From contig NC_092374.1 in the NCBI RefSeq assembly GCF_030028105.1, positions 90,176,491 to 90,240,490 of the forward strand: 64,000 nucleotides of DNA, in the 5' to 3' direction. Origin of the DNA: Mobula birostris (taxonomy: Eukaryota). A program made the position numbers and the translations under genes. Each line of letters begins with the position of its first letter. Position 1 is the stretch's first letter. The notes beneath the pieces are model-generated. The model did no database searches, was not told the DNA's origin, and saw nothing but the letters and a program-made list of their open reading frames with translations. Positions 38,401 to 50,400 of this stretch are shown in pieces.

Positions 38401-41400
38401 CAGGCTAACTTGTAGACTGAGTCGGTCGGAATGAAGGCAAATGCAATACTGGCGATTTCAACATTTGAGAGTCATTTGTGCAAGTACTGGGATGAGAAGG
38501 GCATGGAGGGCTGTGGTCGATGGGACTGGGCAGAGAAATAGATTGGCATGGACTTAATGGGCCAAAGGGCCTGTTTCTGTGCCACGGTACTCTCTAACCA
38601 TGACTGTTCTCTCTGGAACAGTTCACTGTCTCCTCAGGTTTCAAGGTGACCACCGTCATCCTGGTACCCAAGAGGGTGACAGTGACCTGCTTCAACAACT
38701 ACCGCCCTCTGGCAGTGACCTCAACAATAATGTAAGTGTTTTGAGTTAGCTAGTTATGGATCACATTAAATCCCATCCTCCTAGTACATTGGACCCTTTG
38801 CAGTTTGTTTATTGCTCACATAGATCCACATACGATGCTACAGACTCTGCACTCCACTCCGTCCTGCCCCTCCTGGAAAATGCCAGGATACATTTGCCAG
38901 GATGTGGTTCATTGACTTCAGCCCGGTGTTCAGTACAATCATACCTCAGAAGCTGTCCTCATTGGGTCTCAGCACCTCTTTCTATAACGGGATTCTGGAC
39001 TTTTGGACAGAAAGGTCACAGTCGATCTGCGTTGCCAGAAACACATCTAGCTCCACCACACTGAGAACTGGCACTCCCCAGAGCTGCATGCACGATCAAA
39101 GCGAATCATCAAATTCACTGTTGTCACAACAGTGGTTGACCTCATCAACAATGAGGGAAGGGGGCTGGTAGTTTGGTGAAAGTGCACCAACTTGAGTATC
39201 AACGTGGACAAGACCAAGGCATTGATTGTGGACTCTAGTAATGTGCAAGCTGATCACTCTTCACTGCACATTCACAGCTCCCGCAGAAAGAGAGTTAGGA
39301 GCACCAAGTTTCTGAGAGTGCACATAATGGACAACCTTACCTGGTCCCTCAACGCCATCTCTTTGGTCAAGAAAGCACAGCGGCATCTCCACTTCCAGAG
39401 GAGATTGAGGGAATTGAGGTTTCCCATTCACCTCCACCACTCGCTATTTTAACCAATTTTCACAATCTCTAGAATGTCCTAAGAAGCTGCATCCCCATCG
39501 GGTGTGGGAATTACATAGTATCTGACTGCAAGTCCCAACAAAGGATGGTGAGGACTACTGAGAGGATCATCCCAGTCTCTCTTCCACCCATCAGAGATAT
39601 TTATCAGGAGTGCTGAATATGCAGGGCATTTAGCATTGTTAATGTTCCCTCCCATCTATCCAACAATCGCTATCTAAATATACCACCCCCATCAGGCAGG
39701 AGGGACCGTAGCATTAGGACAAGAACTGTTTGGATAGGAACAGCTTTTTCATCCACGCTGTAAGACTACTGAACTCCCTGTCACCACACAGGTCTTATCA
39801 CGTATGACGTGCCAGTAGCATTATGCTGTTTACTTATTATCTTGTATCAGAATCAGGCTTATTATAACCGGCATGTGACGTGAAAGTTGTTAACTTAGCA
39901 GCAGCAGTTCAATGCAATACATAATCTAGCAGAGAGAGAAGAAATAATAATAATAAAATAAGACGTAATAATAAATAAACAAGTAAATTAATTACATATA
40001 TTGAATAGATTTTTTAAGAATGTGTAAGAAGAGAAATACTGTATATTAAAAAAAAGTGAGGTAGTGTCCATTTAGGAATCGGATGGCAGAGGGGAAGAAG
40101 CTGTTCCTGAATTGCTGAGTGTGTGCGTTCAGGCTTCTGTACCTCCTACCTGATGGTAACAGTGAGAAACAGGCATGCCCTGGGTGCTGGAGGTCCTTGA
40201 TAATGGATGCTGCCTTTCTGAGACACCGCTCCCTGAAGATGTCCTGGGTACTTTGTAGGCAAGTGCCCAAGATGGAGCTAAGTAGATTCACAACCCTCTG
40301 CAGCTTCTTTCAGTCCTGTGCAGTAGCGCCTCCATACCAGACAGTGATGCAGCCTGTCAGAATGCTCTTCACAGTACAACTATAGAAGTTTTTGAGTGTA
40401 TTTGTTGACATACCAAATCTCTTCAAACTCCTAATAATGTATAGCACTGTCTTGCCTTCTTTATAACTACATTGATATGCTGGGACCAGGTTAGATCCGC
40501 AGAGATCTTGACACTGAAGGACTTGAAGCTGCTCGCTCTCTCCACTTCTGATCCTTCTGAGGATTGGTATGTGCTCCTTTGTCTTACGCTTCCTGAAGTC
40601 TGCAATCAGCTCTTTCGTCTTACAGACATTGAGTGCCAGGTTGTTGCTGCGGCACCACTCCACTAGTTGGCATATCTCACTCCTTTAATCCCTCTTGTCA
40701 CCACCTGAGATTGGTGACCAACAATGGTTGTATCGTCAGCAAATTTGTAGATGGTATTTGAGCTATGCCTATCCACACAGTCATGTGTATACAGAGAGTA
40801 GAGCAGTGGACTAAGCACACACACCCCTGAGGTGTGCCAGTGTTGATCGTCAATGAGGAGGATTTGTTATCACCAATCTGCACAGACTGTGGTCTTCCGG
40901 TTAGGAAGTCGAGGATCCAATTACATAGGGAGGTACAGAGGCCCAGGTTCTGCAACTCCTCAATCAGAATTGTGGGAATGATGGTATTAAATGCTGAGCT
41001 ATAGTCGATGAACAACATCATGCATGTACATTATTACTATTTGCTAATTTATCTGTGATAGTTTTAATTTATGCGTTATGTGTGTGAATTATGTGTCCTG
41101 TGTTGCATACCTTGGTCCAGAGGAACAGTGCCTTGCTTGGTGATATCCCTGTATATGGTTAATTGCCAATAAACTTGAACTTGAAGCAGAATATAATGGC
41201 AAGGATGTACTGCAGAGACTTTGGTCAGACTGCATTTGGAATATTGTGAGCATTTTTCAACGGTTAATTCTGCTCCTGTGTCTATGGACATAAGATTGCA
41301 TGTAGATGCTGGGCTCAGAATATGGACCAGGGGTTCCCAACCTTATTTATACCATGGACCAATACCATTATCCGCTGCTGTAGACCGATCCTCAGTCTCC

Positions 41401-44400
41401 ACTGCTCCAGGGTGGAGGTGAAAAACGCTCCTTCCCTCTGCTAGTCTGCAAGTCACCCTTGGGCAAGGTGTGGCATCTACTTAGCCCCCTGCCACTCCTC
41501 CCCGATCAGGGTCATGTGAAGCCATAAGAGCAGGTGGTGGGTGGTCGTATGAGCAGCCGGTGTAGATCACAAGTCCTGGTTATGTGACCACTGACACCAG
41601 GCTGACAATCTCTGAAGAGTATTGATAATGGCTGGGGTCACCCATCTTGTAAAGACACTGCCCAGCAGAAGGCAATGGCAGACCACTTCTGTAGAAAAAA
41701 TTGCCAAGAATAATCATGATCGTCCACACAATACGATAAATAATGATGATATTGAATGTGTCTTTGCTTGAGCCAAGTTCCTTTTGACCAGAAGGTTTGC
41801 CAGGGGTGTGTGGGAGGGCTAGAGGGAGGGTAACCTGGGTCATAAGGCAATCTGCCGGAGTAACTGAGCAGGTCATGCAGCATCTGTGGGAGGAAAGGAA
41901 TAGTAACGTTTGGGGTCAAAATTCTGCTCGAGCACAGGGAGAGGAGAGGCGAGGCGAGGTGGTCGATTATAATGAGGAGAAGGGGAAATGTGAGAGGGGA
42001 TTCCGAAGTGATTGGTGGACTGAGGAGGAGTGTGAGATGGCGGGAATGCTATGCCGGGTAGGAGGGTGAGTGGGGACGGAGACGATGGATTGGCAGGTGA
42101 ATGACAGAGAGAGAAAGAGAAGAGCGGGAATCAACCCGATGGAGTGAGGTGTGGGGAGAGCAAAGTGAAGGTTGGAGGCAGCTGATAGGGGGGATAAACG
42201 AAAACATAAAGCAGGAACACAATGATGGATTCTCATAAGGAAAGTAGGTGAAAATGGGGACCATTAGGGGAGAGATGTATGGTCCTGGAACAAGATGGGG
42301 AGGGAGGGAGAGCAACCTGGTGAGAGAGGATGATGAGGTGGGCGGGTGAGGGAAGGGGTTGTAGGGAGTGTGGTAAGGAGGACAAAAGTGGGAGGATTGG
42401 AGGATAGAAGGAGAGAAGTGGTAAGAAAAGGGGCTACCTAAACTCAATGATCCTGCCATTGATTTGTAGACTATTCAGGCGGTACTGGGGTGTTACTCCT
42501 CCATTTTGTGTAGAGGTTCATCCTGGCAGAAGAGAAGGCTGAGGATGGACAGGTCAGTGTGGGAAAAGAAAGGGGAGTTGAAATAATCTGCATCTGGGAG
42601 TCCCGGATGGCCACTACGGTTTGAACGTGGGTGTTGACAACACCGTCATCCAGTCCTCTCCTTGGTCTTGTCAACTTAAGAGGAGGTCACATTGGGAGCA
42701 GCTAAGTTTGGTGGCCCTTTGCTGGGTTTGATCTTCTGGAATCTGAGGAATGCATAACCACACCCTTAACCCATCAGAAAGCAACTTAGACTTTGAGATC
42801 TGGTTAACGCCAACCCCAATATTAATACGTTACAAGGTCTCACTGTACCTTCCTGACATTGACGAACGTTCTTGTCTCCACCTACAGCTGGCACACTGTG
42901 AAAAAGTGAAAGAATAACATTAAATGTGGAACAATATGGGCTTGCTTATATATTCAGTGGCCATTTCATTAGGTACATGCATAGACCTGCTCATTAATGC
43001 AGCTATCTAATCAGCCAATCACATGTTAGCCAACTCATTGCATAAGAGCACACGGAGGGTCTCAGCCTGAAACGTTGACTGTACCTCTTCCTAGAGATGC
43101 TGCCTGGCCTGCTGCATTCACCAGCAACTTTGATGTGTGTTGCTTGAAATTCCAGCATCTGCAGAATTCCTCGTGTTTACATAGTCAAGAGGTTCAGTTG
43201 ATGTCAAGACAGTCAGGACATCTGCTTATGAAAGCAAGTGACAGCCATACATCCATTGATAATGGACAGGATGCATATGGAGAGCAATGGTCTACATCCA
43301 ACCCTGTGGCACTGGGAAGATGGCGGTGAGCAGTTTTCCATAGAGCATAAAGCATACGCCTATATACCTGCTCTTAATGCAAATATTTAATCAGCCAATC
43401 AAGTGGCAGCAACTCAATGCATATAAGCATGCGGACATGGTCAAGAGGTTCAGCTGTTGTTCAGATCAAATATCAGAATGGGGAAGAAATGTGATCTGAG
43501 TGACTTTGGCCATGGAATGATTTTGGTGCCAGATGGGGTGGTTTGAGTATCTCAGAAACTGCTGATTTCCAGGGATTTCCACATACAACAGTCTCAAGCA
43601 TTTACAGAAAATTAAGCTAAAAGCAAAAAAAAAAAATCCAGTGAGCAGCAGTTCTGTGGGCGGAAGCATCTTGTTAATGAGAGAGGTCAGAGGAGAATGG
43701 TCAGGCTGGTTCAAGCTGATGGAACGGCAACAGTAACTTGGAAAACCAGGCGTCACAACCGTGTGTGCAGAAGAGCATCTCTGAAGGCACAACACGTCAA
43801 ACTTTGAAGTGGATGGGCTACAGCAGTGGAAGACCACATTGAGTTCCATTCCTGTACCTAATAAAATGACCACTGAGTGTATGTTCAACCAGGGTCGGTG
43901 AACCAATGGCAGGTGCAAAAATATTGTTGGCACATGGCACATGATGTCACCCCTTGGTTCATTTCATTTACTTTATTTTATATAAAGACACATCACAGAA
44001 ACAGACTCTTCCCGTCCAGTGAGCCCCGCTGCCCAATTATACCCAGATGACCAATTAACCTACTAACCAATACATCTCTAGAGTGTGGGAGGAAACCAGA
44101 GAACTCAGAGGAAACCAGTGCAGTCACAGGGAGAATATACAGACTCCTTACAGGCAGCAGTGGGAAATGAACCCAGGTCACTGTCACCGTAATAGCATTA
44201 TGCTAACCACTACATTATCGTGCCACCCCAGACTCCTTTAAACCCCTTCACTGATAAAGAAGAAGGTATATAATGTTCATCCTCACTGTCAACTGAAGCA
44301 GTGAATAAGCCTCAGTCCGAAATGTTGACTGTTTATTCTTTTCAGGTCTCAGCCCAAAACGCCGACTGTTTACTCTTTTCCACCCATGCCTGCACACCCT

Positions 44401-47400
44401 CCCCATCTCCCAGTCACCTATCACCTACCTCCTTGTACTTCTTTATCCCTTCCCCTCACCTTCTTATTTTGACTCCTCCCCTTCCTTTCCAGTGCTGATG
44501 ATGTTGTGTGTACAGGCATTTCCCCTGGGTGCTACCATTTCCTCCCACAATGGAATAGAGGGGGCAGAGGGACGGAGAGAGATGGAGTAGCTGGGATATC
44601 ATATCACACTTGGTCAAGTGGCCTCTTTATACAATGACAGAACAGTGGTTTATTATCCAGTACTGTAGCCATCTTGGAACCTACAAAGTGCATTCTCAAT
44701 CCTTGTGGGAGGCTGGGGAAGAAATTGCAGAGGCCCTTGCTGAGAGATATTTGCTTCATCTTTAGCCACAGTAGAAGTTCTGGAAGACTGGAGATTGTCT
44801 GGTGTTGTACATTATTTAAGAAGGACAGCAAAGACATTTCGGGGACTACTGGCCACTGAGTCCAACGTCAGCTAATGTTAATGTCAGTAATTTAATAGAG
44901 GGAATTCTGAGAGGCAAGGCCTACCAGCATTTGGATAGACAAAGGCCTATTAGGGCTTTGTGTGTGGGAATTTTGTGTCACAAATCTGTTTCTGAAGAGG
45001 TAACCTTGAGGGTTGTTGAGGTGTTGTTTCAGCAAAGACTTTGTCAAGGTACCACATGGAAGACTAGTCTGGAAGGTTACATTGCAGGCAATCTAGGGAG
45101 AGCTAACTATGTAACTGGATGGAAGGAAATGTCAATATTTCATGTCCTGCAGGAATGCTCAAAAAACTCCAAAATCTAGGCCTCCATGCCTCCCTTTGCA
45201 ACTGGATCTTCATCTTCCTCACTGGAAAACCACTGGCAGATCGGAAATAACATCTCCACCTCCCTGATGATCAACACTGGCACACTTCATGGATGTGTGC
45301 ATAGCCCACTGCTCTGCGCTCTCTATACCCATGACTGTTTGGCTAGGCAAAGCTCAAATGTCATCTATAAATTTGCTGATGACTCAACTATTGTTGGTAT
45401 AATTTCAGATGATGATGAGAAGGCATATGGGAGCAAGATGGATCAGCTGGTTGAGGGTTGTTGCAGCAACACCGGGCACTCAACGTCAGTAAGATCACAG
45501 AACTGATTGTAGATTTCAGAAAGGGTAAGATGAGGGAACACACAACAGTCCTCATAGAGGGATGAGAGATGGAAAGAATGAGAAATTTCAAGTTCTTGGG
45601 TGTCAACAACTCTGAGGATCTGTCCCGGAACCAACCTACCGATACAGTTGCAAAGAAGGCATGACAGCGGCTATACCTCATTTGGAGTCTGAGGAGATTT
45701 GGTATGTCACCAAAGTCACACACTAATTTCTGCAGATGTACAGTGGAAAGCATTCTGACTGGCTGCATCACTGTCTGGTATGAGGGCAAGGGGCATGCGC
45801 AATGCACAGGATCGGAAAAACTGCAGCAAGTTGTAAACTCAGCCAGCTCCATCATGGGCACTAACCTCCCCAGCATCCAGGACATCTTCAAGGAGCGATG
45901 CCTCAAAAAGGCTGCATCCATTATCAGGGACCCCCATCACCCAGGACATGCCCTCCTCTCATTGTGATCATCATGGAGGAGGTACAGGAGCCTAAAGGCA
46001 CACAGTTAAGAATTCAGGAACAGCTTCAACCCCTCTACCATCAGAGTGAAGATTGAATCCATGAACACTGCCTCACTACATTTTTTTCTCTTATTTGCAC
46101 TATATTTATAAAAATACTGTAATTTACAGCTTTTTATTATGTATTGCATTGTATTATTATGTTACATAGCAACAAATTTCACGACATATGTCAGTGATAT
46201 TAAACCTGATTCCGATTCTGATTCCTGTAGAGTTTCGATGCAAAATGCAGACAACTCATTTCCTCCCACAAATGTTGCTTGACCCATTAGAACCCCCAGC
46301 AGATTGTTAGCAAGTCTGTAGGTGATATTGTAGAGAGTGAAGGCAGCTATCGAAATTACAGGCAGGTGTTGATCATCCAGGAAATTGGGCGGAGGAGTGG
46401 CAAATGGTGTTTAATTCAGAAATTCCGAGTAGGACAAGGAAGAACATTCACAGAGAGTGGTAGGCATCTGGAAGATGTTGTAGAACAGTGGGACCCAGGA
46501 GCACAAACACATAGTTCGCTCAAAGTGATGTCACAGGTAGATTGGTTAAGAAGGCATTTGGCAGGCTAGCCTTTATCAGACAGGACACTGAGTATAGGAC
46601 TTGAAATGTAATGTTTCAGTTATACAAGTCATTGGTGAGCCCGTGTGTAGGAGTATTGTGTATGATTTGGTCATTCCTGCTCTCAGAAATTAAGCAGGAA
46701 AGAGTGCAAAGAAGATTTTATGAAAATATTGCCAGGAAAGGATGGGCAGGCTGTAACGTAGGAGGATGAGAGGAAATTTGGTAGAGGCATAGATAGGGTG
46801 AAGGCACAGTTTCACATACTCCTTGGGAAAGGGAATTGAAAAATAGAGGACATTGATTTAAGATGAGAGGGGAAAGCTATTCACCAGGTGGACTGCAACG
46901 TAGCAGTTACCATATTACAATGCCAGTAACTTGTGTTCAACTCCTGCTGTTGTCTGTAAGAAGTTTGTACTTTCTTACAGTAACCACAGGGGTTTCCTCC
47001 AGGTGCTCCAGTTTCCTTCCACTTCCCAAAGACTTACAGGTTAGTGGGTTATTTGGTCAGATGGATGCAATTGGGTTGCATGGGCTCATTGGACCAGAAG
47101 AGCCTGTTACCGTGCAGTACCTCAAAAATATTTTTGAAAAATTATGAGGGACCTAAGGGACAATTTCTTCATGCAGAGGGTGGTGCATATAAGGATCAAG
47201 TAGTTGAGACGGGCAGGATAAAGACATAAGACGGGTACATGGATGGAAACTGTTGAGAAGGAAATGCACCAAATGCAGGCACTTGGGTCAAAGGACATAC
47301 TTCCCTGAAATATGACACCACTACAGTTAAAATGTGACATATCTAACTATAGACAATGATATTTGACATTACTTAATACATAAAAATAAAATATTACAGC

Positions 47401-50400
47401 ACAGTCCACGCTTTTGTGCTGACCTTTTAACTTAGACTAAGAGCAATCTAAGTCCTTCCTTCTACATAACCCTCCATTTTACTATCATTAGTGTCCCTAT
47501 CTGACAGTCTCCTAAAAACCCCTAATGTATCTGCCTCTACCACCGCCCCAGGCATGGCATGTTCCATGCACCCACCACACTCTGTGTAAAGAACATACAG
47601 CTGACATCTCTTCCATACTTTCTCCCAATCACCTTGAAATTTTGCCCCTTTGTATTAGCAATTTCTGTCCTGGGAAAAACTGATTGGATATTTAATCTAT
47701 TCAGGCCTCTTATCATCTTGTATGACTCTGTCAAATCAGCTCTCATTCTCCTTCACTCCAAAGAGGAAAACCCTACTTCACTCAATCTCTCCTCGTTCAG
47801 CTGCAGCTTCTAACACTCCCCGTTAAGGAGTTGGAGCTGGAACTGAGTGAACTCTGGATCATCCGGGAAACTGAGGGGCTGATAGGTAGGGCATATAGAG
47901 AGGGAGTTACACCCAAGGTATTGCGCACGTGAGAATGAGTGACAGTCAGGAAAGGAAAAGGAGTTAAACAGCCAGTGCAAAATACTCCTGTGGCCATACT
48001 CCTCAACTTTGGATACTGTTGGGGCACGGAGGAAATGACCTAGCAGAGTCTGGCCCTGTGACTCAGAAGGGAAAGGGAGAGAAGTGAGCTGTGGTGATAG
48101 GGGATTTGGTAGTTAGGGGGACAGGAAGGAGGCTTTGTAGACAAGAATGAGATTCTTGAATAGTATATTGCATCCCAGGTGCCAGGGTCCGGGATATCTT
48201 CGATTGAGTCCTCAGCATTCTTAAGTGGGAGGGTGGGTAGCTGGAGATCATGGTCCATGTAGGTACCAATGATGAGATCCTGCAAAGTCCGTTCAGAGAG
48301 CTAGGTGCTAAGTCAAGGGCAGGATCTGCAGGGTTGTGAGCTCAGGATTGCTACCTGTGCCACACTCTATTGAGGCCAGAAGTAGGAAGATCATACATTT
48401 TAACATGTGGCTGAGGAGTTAGTGTAGGAGGGAGGGCATCACATTTTTGGATAACTGGGCGCTTTTCCAGTGAAGTTAGGACCTGTACAGAAGAGATGGT
48501 TTGCATCTGAAGTAGAGGGGGACTAATATCCCAGCTGGAAGGTTTGCTCGTGCTGCATGGTGGGGTTTAAACTAGAGTTGCAGGGGGATGGGACCTAGAG
48601 GTCCAGAACAGATCGTGGAGAGTTTGTGGAGCCAGAAGTTGGTAAGACCTCAGACAAGTCAGGAATTAGAAGGTTGAGCATAGTGTAACTAGTGTCATGA
48701 GTGTGTATATTTCAATGCAAGAAGTATTGTAGGAAAGGCAGATGAGCTCAGGGCATGGATCAACACATAGAATTGTGATATTGTAGCTATTAGTGAGACT
48801 TGATTATGGGGGGGGGGGCGGAACCAGCAGCTCCGTATTCTGGGGTTCCATTATTTTAAGAGCAGAAGGGATTAAATGGGGAGGGGCGGTGGTACTAGAA
48901 AGTGTCACTGCAGTGCTTAGTCAGGACAGCCTTGAGAACTCATCTAAAGAGGCTTTATGGGTGGAATTGAGGAATAAGAAAGGTATGACCACGTTAATAG
49001 TGCTCAACTATAGAGTAGCCAACAGTCCATGGGATTTAGAAGAACAAATCTGGAGAAAGATTGCAGATTGTTGCAAGAAATACAAGTCTGTTACAGTGGA
49101 AATAGTAACTTTCCACATATTGACTGGGACTCCCATACTGTAAAAGTACTAGATGGGAAAGAGTCTGTCAAATGTGTTCAGAAAAGTTTCCTTAATCAGT
49201 ACACAGGAGAGGGGAGAGGGGGAAAGGGGGAGAGGGGGAGAGAGAGGGGGAGAGGGGGAAGGGGGAGGGGGAGAGATAAATAGTTGATATCCGATTATAA
49301 AATGAGACAATGCAAGTGTCAGATGTTTGTGTAGGGGAACACTTTGTAACTAGTGATCATAATCTAAATATGGGAAAACATATGTCTGATCCATAGGCTG
49401 GGATTCTAAATTGGAGAAAGCCCAATTTTGATGGTATCAGAAAGGATCTGGCAAGTGTGGATTAGGACAGGTGGTTTTCTGGCAAATGTGTACTTGTGAA
49501 GTGGGAGGCCCTCAAATGTGTAACTTTGAGAGTACAAAGCTTGCATGTGCCTGTCATATTAAAAATGTGAAAATAATAGGGTTAGGGTACCTTGGTTTTC
49601 TGGAGATATTGGGAATCTGGTTAAGAATAAAAGGAGGTGCCTAGCAGGTATAGGCAGATAAGAACAAATAAGGTATTTATTGAGTATAAGAAAAGCAAGA
49701 GAACCTTTAAGAAAGAAATCAGGAGGGCTGAAAGAAGGCATGAGGCTGCCCTGGCAGACAAGGTGAATGTAAATCCTAAGGGATTCTACAGATATGTTAA
49801 TAACAAAAGAATAGCAAGGGACAAAATTGGTCCTCTGGAAGATCAGAATGGTAATCTATATGTGGAGCCAAAAGAGATGGAGGAGATCTCAAACTGATTT
49901 TTTTGCAACTGTATTTACTCAATAGGCAGACACAGAATCTATAACAGTGAGGCAAAGCAGCAGCAAAGTCATGGACCCAACACAGATTACAGAGGAGAAG
50001 GTGTTTGCTGTCTTGAGGCAAATTGGAGTGGCTAAATCCTCAGGGCCTGACAAGGTGTTCCTGTGGGAGGCAAGTGCAGAAATTTCAGGAGCCTTAGCAG
50101 AGATATTTAAATCATCCTTAGCGGCAGGTGAGGTACCAGAGGATCGGGGGATAGCTAATGTTGTTCTGCTGGTTCAGAAAGTCTCCAAAAATAAACCAGG
50201 AAATTGTATGCCAGTGAGCCTGAGATCAGTAGTGGGGAAGTTATTGGAAGGTATTCTAAGAGACTGGGTATATATGTATTTGGATGGATTTGGACTGGTT
50301 GAGATAGTCAGCATGGCTTTGTACATGGTGTGCCATGTCTACCCAATCTTATAGAGTATTTGAAGAAATTACCAGGAAATTCATGAAGGCAGGACAGTGG

